DNA from: Octopus sinensis
Taxonomy: Eukaryota
Direction: 5' to 3'
NCBI RefSeq assembly: GCF_006345805.1
Contig: NC_043005.1
Location: forward strand, 43,772,001-43,836,000
DNA length: 64,000 bases
In this document: positions 12,378 through 23,847 of the stretch, piece by piece
Position numbering within the stretch: position 1 is the stretch's first letter
Layout: each line of letters starts with the position of its first letter
Made by a program: the position numbers and the translations under genes
The notes under the pieces: generated by a model
What the model saw: only the letters and a program-made list of their open reading frames with translations
What the model was told of the DNA's origin: nothing
Database searches by the model: none

Positions 12378-13190
12378 CACAGAGTGTGGTGAATAAATTG
12401 TCATCTAAATTATGCAAAAATGATAATAAAACTGACATTTCATTTTAACAAATATATTTACCAAAATTACATAAAAATATCTTGTGATACTAAAGAGTAA
12501 ATTTATTCAATAAAATTGTTGTTGGGTTCAACCACAGCCTCCAGACAACTTCAGAATCTCCTGCAACTCTTCTGGATGATCTCCTTGTTTAAGTTGATTA
12601 ATGCTGCCATAATCCTTGCCTTCAGATCATCTTCAGTTTTGTTGGTCTCTCACTCAACAGTGCCACACACATACTAATCAAGGGGGTTACAGTCTGGGGA
12701 GTTAGGTGACCAGATGTTAGGGGTGATGTGCTCACAGAAATTGTCTGACAGCCACGATTAGGTCCTTCTGCTTGTGTGGCATGGTGCAGAGTCCTGTTGC
12801 CAGACATAGGGTTTTCCAGCAGCCACCCTCTTTACCCAAAGCAGCACTACCTCTTCCAAGCACTTGATGTAGACCTCTGTATTGTGTCTGAAGCTGTATG
12901 TGAAGCTGAATGGAAGCATAATGTCACCATTGCTAGTGATCCCTCCAAACAACATGATGTTGACTGGATGTTTGGTTTTTATCTCTGTCAGAACCTGCTT
13001 TGGAGTCATGGCAAGCCAACTGTTGTTCTGTTTATTCACCATCTGATCCTGGCAGAAATTTTTCTTGTTTGAGAGAAATCAAAACACGTTCAGTTGGAGG
13101 GGGTGCCTGAGTTTGTTCAGCAGCTTCATAGCACAATCTTTCCTCTTATTCTTGATGGCTTGAGATAAAAATTGGCCCTGCAACAGTACA
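12378..13190 (-). mobile_element. Tc1/mariner DD37D (maT/mori-like) transposase pseudogene fragment
   Basis: WQQDSAPCHTSRRT*SWLSDNFCEHITPNIWSPNSPDCNPLD*YVCG: 37 residues between the second and third catalytic Asp; several in-frame stops; terminal stop at 12503-12505. Confidence 0.88.
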
Positions 13191-13285
13191 CACTTTGATA
13201 AAAATACATAGGTATACATCCAGTAGTATATTGGATATTTAGTATCCCTTAGATGGTTGTTAACCTCTAACTCATATAGATGTTA

Positions 13286-13333
<48 letters not shown>

Positions 13334-13392
13334 AAAGGGTAATATAGAAAAAAGTCAAGGTAGAAAATGCTAAAATAATTTTATAAAAAACA

Positions 13393-13434
13393 TTTCAGTA
13401 CTGGTTTCAGTCATTGAGACTTTTTCAACTGTAA
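13393..13434 (-). ncRNA. Type I hammerhead-like motif with U3-A8 variant core
   Basis: Minus strand: ttacag UUGAAAA agtc-tcaat-gact GAAA ccag UA ctgaaa (stem I cag/ctg plus tt/aa, 4-bp stem II); homolog at 23382-23425. Confidence 0.55.
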
Positions 13435-13764
13435 GTATGGAAAACAATTAAATTTTGGAAAAATTAAATGAAAAGTTTTTTAAAAGAATATTTGCATTGT
13501 ATTCAAATACAAGAGGCATTTTCCTTGTTTCTGCCTGTCTCTGTCTCTCTTGTGTACTCTTGTGGGTTCGATATATATATATATATATGTATGTGTGCAT
13601 GTATGTATTTATGTATACTTAAATATACATAATGCAAGAACTGGTGGATAATGCCAGCTTCCACATATGCCACCTTCAAAGCCATAAGAACGGACACTAC
13701 TGCAACAATCTGAAAGAAATAAACTTAAAAGGGAATTCTACTGAAACATGAAAAAAAACAAACG

Positions 13765-13865
13765 AATTATTGGATGAGCTCCTAACCAAATTACTGGACC
13801 AGCCAACTACACAAGGTTACACTCAAGGAAGAACAGCTGCTAATAACTCAATTATGATCCAAAAA
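13765..13865 (+). mobile_element. L2/Crack/Daphne-like LINE C-terminal relic
   Basis: LDELLTKLLDQPTTQGYTQGRTAANNSIM matches the LDxFLxxxPDxP...AASNS terminal pattern also seen at 57392-57530. Confidence 0.45.
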
Positions 13866-13970
13866 CCAACCATAAAGCTTCAACAAAACTGAAAAATAAG
13901 GTAATGAATATACATATAAGTAGTTTATTATAAATATTATATTATATTCAATATTGTATTAATGGTTTAC

Positions 13971-14012
13971 CAGCTGATCTATTGATATAAAATTTCATCA
14001 ATAGATCAGCTG
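13971..14012. repeat. Perfect 16-bp inverted repeat with 10-nt spacer
   Basis: cagctgatctattgat / atcaatagatcagctg. Confidence 0.9.
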
Positions 14013-15641
14013 ATGATGTTTCAACATTCTACCATTGCTAAAGCATTGTTCTAGCTGTAACCTTCTCTGCTCCCATTCTTACTAAGTTTACATATTTATT
14101 CTTGGATTAAGAAATTTTGCCCAAGTTATTCAAGAATTGGATTGTTCCCCAGAATCCTGTTCTGCAGGCAATTGTCTAGTTTGTATAATGTATAACACAG
14201 GTCCAGCTTTCACTGCTTTGTTGACTTTGCTGTTTTGGTGCTATTGTGTGCCTTGTTTTGTTGCTATTGCAGTCTTGTTATTATTATTATTTCCTCTTTT
14301 TCTGTTGTTACCTTGTTGCTAATGTTGTTGTTGTTGCTATTGTTTTTTTTTTGTTATTCTTTTGTTGCTATTAATGCTGTTTTATTGCCTTCTCTGTTTT
14401 GTTACCATCATGTTTCTTCTTGTTTTGTTGCTATTTTATTGCCATACCGTTCCCCCAACTTTTTTTGCTTTTTTTGACATTTATGCATTGTTACCATTAT
14501 CTCTTTGTTGCTATTTCAATCTTTTGCTTTTGCTCTCTTGTTGCTATTTCTCCTTTGCCATTAATACCATCTTTTTGTTTTTATGCTCCTTTACTGTTAT
14601 TGTTGCTTTGTTGCTTTTGCTGTCTAGTTGCATATTTCTTTTTTTTTTTCACACTTTAGTTTTATTGCTTTCTTGTCACCACTTAAGAAGGACATATAAA
14701 CACTTAGCAATTCTCAAAGAACAGAAATAACAGCAAAGATGATTATAGGAAAAAACATCTGGTTCAATCTTTAATTCTTGGTTGCTAAAAATCTGTCTCA
14801 TGAAGGTCCAGCTTGCTGTAGCAGTAGGTGTTAAGAGATAGACTTAATCCTTGATCATCTAAGCTGTCACTAAGAACTGATGCTACTAAGAACTAAGACA
14901 GTCGTAAATGTAATTAATTTATCCATATAGTTATTCCATAGTTACAGCTCTAGTGTGCAGTTGTTTATCTTAGCAGATAATTCTTTGTCAATTTTGTAAA
15001 GGCAGCCTAAGGACAATATCAACAGCATCAATAAGAAAACCACTTTCGCCAACTACTTTTTATTATACTGTACCTAACCTGATGTGTTAACATAATTACT
15101 TTGCTTCTTACATTCCCATTCTCCATAAACCATCATGTGTGATGCCCTTTAAGAGCCTGCACCTGCTTCCTGCTTTTCATTGTGGTTCATAAACTAGTAA
15201 AGAATTCAAGACTCCCAACTGATTTGATTCAAGTTCCCAGCTTGACTAAATCCTTTGTAGAAAGGGTGGTGTGTGTGACATATCTATTGTTGCTACATAG
15301 AACAATTTGTGGAAAAGTTTATTAACTAAGGTGTATGGCAGTAAGATTATGCATTCTGCTAAAATTTAAATGTTCCCATTATCTAGCAGGTGTACAATTT
15401 GGAAATTAATGCCATATTTCCTTTAATTTGGCCAAATATTACATCAATCAATGAGAGCAGAATACTTTCTTGCTGCATTCCTAGTATGTTGTAGACATAA
15501 CAGTTATTACAGTGTTTAACAGAATACCTTCTGGTATATATTCCAGATTTCTACACTCCGAGTTCAAATACTAATAAAGTCAATTTTGTTTTTCATTCTT
15601 TTCAGTTGATAAAGCAACAGAGTGATAAAATATCTGCTTAA

Positions 15642-15862
15642 CCCTTTCGTTACCAACCTGGCTGAAACCGGCTCTGGCTCTGTAGTACAAATGTCTTGTT
15701 TTCATAAGTTTTGAATTCAAATCTTCCACCAAACCTTAGTCACAATTTATGTTCCTAACACTAGATTAATGATAACTAAGTTATTTTATTAAATTCTTTG
15801 TTATATTTAAAATAATTGGAAGAAACACAGAGCATCTCAAAATAAATACGGTAACGAAAGGG
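15642..15862. mobile_element. piggyBac-like MITE (TTAA target site)
   Basis: TTAA-ccctttcgttacc ... ggtaacgaaaggg-TTAA, 13-bp perfect TIR. Confidence 0.9.
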
Positions 15863-17819
15863 TTAAGTTCTGCACATTCTCAGTTCAAATCTTGCTTCCT
15901 ATCCCTAAAGGAAAAAAAATATATTCCATGTTCTGTTGTGTCTGGGGAGAGTCATTTTCTTTTTGTGCCTTATAATGTAACACACTCACCGGTAAAATTG
16001 TGTTGTTACATTATAAGGCACAAAAAGAAAATGATTCTCCCCAGACACAACAGAATATGCTTCAACACGAACTCATATAAAGAATCTTGCAAACCAAATC
16101 CCAAAACGAAATATTCCATGTTAATCTGCTGAAAATGGTGATAATCTTGGGAAGTCCTTAAGCAAGTATTGAAATACACCAGACGATCCCTCTGCATACC
16201 AGAAGGTAGATGATGATGATGATGATGATGGTGATGGGGAGAATGATATAAGTTACATTAAGGCAAAAAGGCAATAAAATGAGTTGGATGGGTGATGGAT
16301 AAAGAATAAATGGTAATAGCAGATGAATGTTAAAAGGCAATAGAGATGATAGAAAAATGTTACTTTATCTGATGAAAAAATATAATAAAAATATGTGATA
16401 AAAAGTCGTAAATTTTAAAAAAAGCACACTTTCAAAAATATATGAAAATACATATATATAAAAAATATATGCATATAGAATTTAAAAAACGGGGCAAAGT
16501 AAATCAAAATTGATTTTAAAAATAGATTGGAAAGGAAATAGATTGAAAAAGGTGAAAGTATAATAAAATAAAATGGATTTAAAATTCATCAAAAATGACC
16601 CCAAGGCAAAGCAAGGATTGGTATAGATAGAGAATTGATTTGGTTGCTAAAACAACCTCCTTGAATAACAGGGGTTTGCTTGGATGGATGAGGCGTTTAG
16701 CTACCAGAAGTGAGAAAAGTTCTTCGAAAAGAAGGTTACAGAATTGAACAAAAACGATTGTAAAGTTATATAGTGTTGCCTTTTTTTGGATTTTAGTAGA
16801 ATGCAAAGACTATATTTAACTTCAGGAAGTCTAAAGCAGGATAAAAAGTTTTTTGATGTGAGCTTGCAAGAATTTATTAATTCTGATCAGATATTTCAGT
16901 TCTTGGACATTTGTAACAAGATGTGTATTTTCTCTGATAGGCTTAGCTGGTAACACAGCTTAGATGTGAAGAAATGAAGGTCCTTAACAATATGGCGATA
17001 TACAGCCTAGAATAGACTAATTAATTTCAGACATGTAGTCGTTCATCTCCCTAATCAGATAGATATACTTTAACAAAGCAGCTGCACTGGATCTCTGGCT
17101 ATTAATGTAGGAAGCATACTGGTAGATTCTTGATTTGAATTTGTTTTCCATTTATTTATTTTGTGTGTAAATCCAATAGGATTTTGATGAGATATCTTTC
17201 AAGTAAACTTTAGTGAAGTAACCATAATTTCCACCATAATTTCCACCAAACAGCAGGTGCAAGGGTTATTAACGTAAGTACAGAGATGCAATATCCAAAT
17301 TTTGGTTGTTATTGCCAGTAATTCTTTTTTGTGTTGTGCTTTTTAATAAGAAAGTTACCTCAACAAGATTTATAAAAAATTTATGATACTGGTTGTGCAC
17401 CAGGAAATGGTGAGAAATTTTCTTGAACACACTGGCTCTGTTGAACCTGACAGATTTGCTTTGTGTGTGTGTGTGTGTGTTTGTGGTTGTGAGCCCATGT
17501 TCTAGCAGAGTTGTAAGTACATATTATACAACTTATGTGTGTGTATATTGATGTGTGTGAATTGTGCATGTGTAAAAGGGGTAATATGAAAAAACAAACC
17601 GCACATACCAGGACTGTTTCCCTTATGCTACCAGCTTACATAAACTGCTTCATTCTGAATGAACAAAGAATGACTACATCAATGAGTGGACAAATGTGGT
17701 TGTGAAACACAGCCTGTTTTACCATTAAATTGAGTCAGCCTAGTCACCTGTATGCATTTAAAAAAATATATTTTACACTTCATTTTGTTTGAGTAATCTA
17801 ATTGTCATTCATTCTAATA

Positions 17820-17859
<40 letters not shown>

Positions 17860-17994
17860 TATAAATGGAAGGTTCTTATTTCCAGTACTCAGAGCTGCTC
17901 GTTTCTGATCATCAGCTAGTAAACCCAATCTGGTTTTCTTTTGAATATCCACTGCCTGAATGTTGTTCGAAATATGAAATGAATGTTTGAAGAC

Positions 17995-18200
17995 AATATT
18001 TATCCTTATATCCGATGGCATGTAAAAGCACCCACTACACTCTTGGAGTGGTTGGTGTTAGGAAGGGCTTCCAGCAGTAGAAACTCTGCCAGATCAGATT
18101 GGAGCCTGGCACAGCCATCTGGTTCGACAGTCCTCAGTCAAATCATCCAACCCATGCTAGCATGGAAAGCGGACGTTTAATGATGATGATGATGATGATG
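17995..18200 (+). mobile_element. RTE-type 3' tail fragment (short LINE insertion or RTE-dependent SINE)
   Basis: cacccactacactcttggagtggttgg...acccatgctagcatggaaagcggacg(t)taa(tga)n, same as the tail at 11135-11307; others at 27150-27335(-), 27700-27810(-), 36045-36270(-), 45880-46080(+). Confidence 0.85.
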
Positions 18201-18599
18201 ATTCTTTTGTTTAAAGACTTTGTGAACGACACGTCCAGAAGCTGCTGCTTCAAGCTCATGCTTTTGATTTCATTTCTGGTTCTCATAGTAGTACTATTAT
18301 AGATGTTATAAACTCCATACAATCAAAGTCATGGAACTGTGTTGCTGTTTAAGTAATGTACCAAAAATAATACTTTTAAGTAATACCTTTAATTAATGTT
18401 TTAAAAACAATGAGCATAGGTAGAAATGCCTAGCCCTGATAGATAATCATTTTCCAGATAACCATAAATTTAAGAAACTTTTTAATAGATGTAAAAGTTT
18501 CTTGCAACTGTTGCTCCAACATGAAAAGTATTATTACAAGTAAGCTGCAACAAGTTGTAGATTGTAAATATAGGGAACCATACACTTTCCCAGGCATGT

Positions 18600-18960
18600 A
18601 TAGTTAGCATTATGGTTTATGAAACTGAGGTCATCTCAGTTCTACAAAAAAATGAAACTCAAAATGAATTTTATATTGGTCTATGAGAAAAGAGCTTTCA
18701 AAAAGCAACATGTAAACAACACTAAATTAACTAGCCATATCTGGTCCTAAAGGCCAACAGTACCTCACTGAGCCTGAAATGGAGCATCATAGAACAATCC
18801 ATGACATATGTTAAAGGATCAAGGGGACACAGGCTTTGTAAAGTTAGAAGAACTCATATTCTTTTTAAATATAAAATATCTACCAACCTACTGAATTCTA
18901 GATCTGAAATTTTCACTAGATGCAACCATCTGCAAAAGTTTCTATTATCAAACTGGAGAA
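18600..18960 (+). mobile_element. Degenerate PLE GIY-YIG endonuclease relic (Neptune-like)
   Basis: FYIGL...TKLTSHIWS...LLNSRSEIFTRCNHLQKFLL, matching the PLE YIG...LSxxIW...LLNxRxE...CxHxxKF pattern; stops and frameshifts. Confidence 0.7.
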
Positions 18961-19389
18961 CACCGCAAACATCATCTCACAAACTTTAACGTTTCCCTGT
19001 TGAATTAAGGACACCAACCATTGTTAATTCCCATTTTAATGAACCACAAGGAGACAACTCTTTTCTTCCTTCCCTTCATGCTTTTATTTGTTTACTTTTT
19101 TCCATTTAACTTTTTCTCTCATTCTTTCTTGTCTTTTCACTCTTTTCTCACCGACAGTTATGTTGTATTCTAAACCTGAACGATTGCCCATTAGTATACA
19201 GCACACTATACAAGCTTATCCAACTATTGTACAATCAATACATGAAACTTATAGTAGCTTGCATTTAGGCCCTGTCTATATCGAATTATATTTATCCCAT
19301 GCTGAATGGAATACATTTTTTGATCCCATCAACAGCACACACACATACTCTCTCTCTCTCTCTTTCTGTATATATATATATATATATAT

Positions 19390-19815
19390 ATACTCTTTTT
19401 ACTCTTTTACTTGTTTCAGTCATTTGACTGCGGCCGTGCTGGGGCACCGCCTTTAGTCAAGCAAATCGACCCCAGGACTTATTCTTTGTAAGCCTAGTAC
19501 TTATTCTACCCGTCTCTTTTGTCGAACCACTAAGTTACAGGGATGTAAACACACCAGCATCGATTGTCAAGTGATGTTGGGGGGACAAACACAGATACAC
19601 AAACATATACACACACACATACATACACACACGCATATATATATACATATATCCAACGGGTTTCTTTCAGTTTCTGTCTACCAAATCCACTCACAAGGCT
19701 TTGGTCAGCACAAGGCTTTGGTCGGCTACAGTAGAAGAGTACCACGCAGTGGGACTGAACCTGGAACCATGTGGTTCATAAGCAAGCTACTTACCACACA
19801 GCCACTCCTACGCCT
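19390..19815 (-). mobile_element. SINE family A, full length
   Basis: Reverse complement of the 5529-5925 consensus. Confidence 0.9.
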
Positions 19816-19856
19816 ATATTAACGATTCAATATATAATCATTTATGATTATAGTAT

Positions 19857-19964
19857 TCTACGCTGAAGAGAAAAGAAGTTTTGGTAAGGTAGAATTATTT
19901 AATTATTTAATATTTAATTCTTATGCTTTCCTAAAAACTTGATTTCGAAACGTGCGTCCGTAGA
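19857..19964 (+). ncRNA. Type I hammerhead ribozyme, copy 1
   Basis: tctacg CUGAAGA [long stem II, G-C closed] GAAA cgtgcg UC cgtaga; all core residues canonical; 6-bp stem I; predicted cleavage after C19958. Confidence 0.85.
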
Positions 19965-20454
19965 TAACTTAAAATTGTATGATAGATTGGCATCAATTCA
20001 TTCTCTCTTACCTGTTTGTGTCTGCCTTCCAATTGCTGTTTTTACTGAGATCTCCCTTTTTAGTAGAAGAAATAGCTATAACTCTTTGACTGCTATTTCT
20101 AAATTCGGTATGTGGTAAGGCAATTCGTTGCTAAACCCTTTATTGCTTAGTATTACTTAAATTTCCTCGAATGAGGCTTTTACATGCCGAAGACTACTTG
20201 GTGTAATTGATAATTATTCCAAATTAATTAATTTCACCCTTCATTATTACGGATAACCATATTTTATCTCAGTAGATGACCACAGCATCTTGTTTTGGCT
20301 ACACGCGGGTGGGAAGGGGCTGGTGACACAATCTTTTCATTCACACATTGAATTTGGTGATACTAGTTGCGGATTCTAGCTCGCTCTGATACTGAGTTGA
20401 GTTGGTGCCTTCTAGTATCTCAAATTCATATATAATCATTTATGATTATAGTAT

Positions 20455-20553
20455 TCTACGCTGAAGAGAAAAGAAGTTTTGGTAAGGTAGAATTATTTAA
20501 TATTTAATTCTTATGCTTTCCTAAAAACTTGATTCGAAACGTGCGTCCGTAGA
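20455..20553 (+). ncRNA. Type I hammerhead ribozyme, copy 2
   Basis: Same fold; CUGAAGA 20461-20467, GAAA 20536-20539, GUC 20545-20547. Confidence 0.85.
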
Positions 20554-20736
20554 TAACTTAAAATTGTATGATAGATTGCCGTCAATTCATTCTCTCTTAC
20601 CTGTTGTGTCTGCCTTCCAATTGCTGTTTTTACTGAGATCTCCCTTTTAGTAGAAGAAATAGCTATAACTCTTTGACTGCTATTTCTAAATTCGGTATGT
20701 GGTAAGGCAATTCGTTGCTAAACCCTTTATTGCTTA

Positions 20737-20853
<117 letters not shown>

Positions 20854-20981
20854 CATATAACGATTTAGGAGTGACCCCAACAGGTCACTCGTCCACCAGA
20901 AAGAGCAGCCATAACTCACACCGCCAAGTATTATTAATTCAGAAATTAGGTGAAAATTTAAAAACATTTACCCTAATTCAT

Positions 20982-21077
20982 CTTTTAGACGTTGCAACGT
21001 TTCTGTGTCATTAATGATTAAATTAGCTTAATTAAATTAAATTAAGCCAATCTACCATAGGTTACACTTCATCAGTA
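20982..21077 (-). ncRNA. Hammerhead core on the opposite strand, stem I truncated by (TA)n
   Basis: CUGAUGA a gtgt...AT-rich hairpin...acac a GAAA cgttgcaacg UC taaaag; stem III lies in the perfect palindrome acgttgcaacgt. Confidence 0.6.
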
Positions 21078-21783
21078 TATATATATATGCATAAATATAT
21101 ACATATATATATATACATATATATACACACACATATATATATGTATGTATATTTATACACACATACACACACACACACACACATATTTATGGGTGACTTT
21201 ATCATTGAAGTTTCAACGATAGTGATTCATCAAACATTTATACATGTATGCAAAAATGTTTAGTAGCAATTACTTCTAATGGCAAAATATAAAATTTTGC
21301 TTTAAAGTAAACACCAGATTGTGTAACACTTGCAAACACATTGCACCATATTGACATTAGGCTATTGAATGCAGCAAATGTGTGAAGGTTAAAAAAGAAA
21401 GCAAGAAAGGTGGGGAAAAAAACGAAACAAGCACATGTTAGTCTGTATGAATGACAGAGCAGAATCAAGCTGAGAAAATGGTTCACCTCAAGAAGAAACA
21501 GATGAATGAAACGTGCAAGAGAAACGACTGCACTGATGCAGATATAGGATGCGTATGAAGAATGACAGTCGGGTAAAGAGTAAAAAGAAAAAAAATCCAA
21601 ATGGAATGAAGCTGTGAAAGAGGATGACAAGGAAAGACATAGATAAAAGGTAGAGAAAGCTTACTTCAGGAGATCAAACCTCACAAAGGAGACATCAGAG
21701 AAGCATGAAATGTGATGAGGTATTATATTGAAGAAGACCCATGCAAATCATGAAAGGGTGGAAAAGTGAACATTACTCAAGAG

Positions 21784-22079
21784 TAGGGTCTTCAGCCAGG
21801 GCCCATATAAGACTTTTGGGGACCCATGGATGTGATAGAGTAAATTGTGGGTTCATGGTAATTTTTCAGGATCCATGTAAAAACTGTGCTTCAGACCAGT
21901 AAAGCTTATGTGCTATAAATTGGTTATACATCTGTAATACACAAAATATTTTAACCATTTTTTTTTATATATAATTCCTGATAATATTTAATTATAAACA
22001 TAATATGGCTATGGGGGTCCACCCGAGTAAAACAGGAATCAAAAGGGTCCATAAGTTAGAAAATGGCTGAGGACCCCTG
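21784..22079. mobile_element. hAT-like MITE with 8-bp target-site duplication
   Basis: tagggtcttcagcca ... tggctgaggacccctg; flanks ctcaagag / atcaagag. Confidence 0.75.
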
Positions 22080-22112
22080 ATCAAGAGTAACAGTGGACCA
22101 ATTGGACCAGCT

Positions 22113-22337
22113 TAACTCTTTAGCTTTTAGATTACTCTCTCAAATGTAATACTTATTTATTCACATTGTTTTGAATTAATCAAGCTTTATCTCATAGCTT
22201 TGAGATTTCAATGATATAATTATTTATTTTCAAGAATGACATTGTAAGGTATGTGTAAGAGGCCAGGCCTGGCCAGTTTAAACATTAAACAAGTAGAAAA
22301 ATTGAGCTGGATATGGCCAATTTAAATGCCAAAGGGA
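22113..22337. mobile_element. piggyBac-like MITE family 2
   Basis: ttaactctttagc...tgccaaaggg; homologs at 44160-44385, 56089-56287 (ends gggttaa) and a partial tandem copy at 56295-56465. Confidence 0.7.
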
Positions 22338-22384
22338 TCAGTACACAAACATGCATACACATAAATACACACACACACATATAT

Positions 22385-22725
22385 CCTTAGGGTAAAAAAA
22401 CCCTTTGGTCAGGAATGACCATGGGATCGCACTTAGAAAGTTTCCCTCTGAGGCACACTTCTGGGCGAGGTTGTTTATGGAAGACCAGTAGCTGCCCATG
22501 CATACCAGCCTCTCCTTTCCACATCACCGATGTTATCCAAAGGAAAGGCAAAGGTCAATACAACTTGGCACCAGTGATGTTGCAACTCTTTTCTACAGCT
22601 GAATTGACTAGTGCAACATGAAATAAAGTGTCTAGCTCAAGAACACAACACATAGCCCGGTCCAGGAATTGAACTCACTACCTCATGATTGTGGACCCAC
22701 CGTTCTAACCACAGTCATGCACTTT
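22385..22725 (-). mobile_element. tRNA-derived SINE family C
   Basis: Reverse complement of the 36885-37230 element (cacaatcatgaggtagtgagttc...ggcaccagtg...gcatgggc). Confidence 0.75.
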
Positions 22726-23252
22726 CATATAATCTTTTACCTCTGATCTTTATCAACTCCTCCTCCCTGAACCACTCCTTAACTTCTCCTCCTCCAGACT
22801 GATATTCACCACATGCATCCACCTCAATCCGCATCTTTAATCATCTGACGAACTCTTTCCATGCTAGCTCACTTACCTACTTGCTTACCCTTTCAGCCTC
22901 TCCATTTCTATGCCCCCCCCCCGCTCTCTCTCTCTTTCCCTCCTGCTGAGAAAACCAGGTGTTCATCTCTTCAGCAAGACACCTGTTCTATAACATGTAT
23001 TCTTTTGTTCTTTTATTCTTTTATTTTTTTTTTTTTACTTGTTTCAGTAATTTCATTGCAGTCATGTCAGAACACCGTCTACTAAGGGTCTTTTTAGATG
23101 AAGAAACTGACCCCAGGATTTATCTTTTGTAAGTCTAGTACTTATTCTATCAGTTTCTTTTGCCAAACCACTAAGTTATGGAGACATAACTCACCAACAT
23201 CAGTTGTCAAGTGATGGTAGCAGGGACAAACACAGACACAAAGACAAACACA

Positions 23253-23297
<45 letters not shown>

Positions 23298-23381
23298 AAG
23301 GGTGGAAAGGAACACACGAGTTGATATATATGAAAAAACAAGTCAAAAATAGAAAATGCTAAGATGATTTTATAGTGAATC

Positions 23382-23425
23382 TTTCAGTACCGGTTTCGGT
23401 CATTTTGAGACCTTTTGAACTGTAA
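23382..23425 (-). ncRNA. Second copy of the U3-A8 hammerhead-like family (G5->C, likely inactive)
   Basis: ttacag UUCAAAA ggtc-tcaaaat-gacc GAAA ccgg UA ctgaaa; flanks 23336-23530 resemble 13350-13530. Confidence 0.5.
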
Positions 23426-23535
23426 CGATTAAATAATTAAATTTAGAAAAATTGGAAGAAAGGTTTTTTTAAAGGAATACTTCCATAGTAGTGTTCAGAT
23501 ATAGGTGGCATTCTGCCTTTCTCTGACTCCCTTGT

Positions 23536-23565
<30 letters not shown>

Positions 23566-23566
<1 letters not shown>

Positions 23567-23802
23567 CGCGGTTTCGATTCCCAGACCGGGCGTTGTGAGT
23601 GTTTATTGAGCGAAAACACCTAAAAGCTCCACGAGGCTCCGCCAGGGGGTGGTGATCCCTGCTGTACTCTTTCACCACTCTTTCTCCCACTCTTTCTTCT
23701 GTTGGCATGCTCGCTTAGCCAGCGGGTTGGCGTCATTCGAAGGCTAAAACAACGCGAATGTGTAACAACATCTGATGGTCTGGTCGGTCACGTGATCACG
23801 TG

Positions 23803-23805
<3 letters not shown>
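23566..23805 (+). mobile_element. 5'-truncated tRNA-derived SINE (family D), CpG-rich
   Basis: ggtttcgattccc B-box, aaacacctaa and actctttcaccac shared with 54536-54830; ends gtcacgtgatcacgtga. Confidence 0.6.
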
Positions 23806-23835
<30 letters not shown>

Positions 23836-23847
23836 TATATATATATA

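Noticed and set aside
14137-14730. Hydrophobic Leu/Cys/Phe-rich ORFs
   Set aside because: Decayed (TTG/TGT)n low-complexity DNA.
16560-17050. Possible I/Jockey-like LINE relic on the minus strand
   Set aside because: Similarity is too faint to support by eye.
20165-20200. Extra hammerhead-like string tcgaatga-ggc...gcc-gaag inside the 589-nt unit
   Set aside because: Both core segments deviate and there is no stem III or stem I.
21450-21700. Very old RTE-like 3' relic (similar weak signal at 50400-50570)
   Set aside because: Only scattered motifs such as KWNEAVKED or QFGF remain; boundaries cannot be set.
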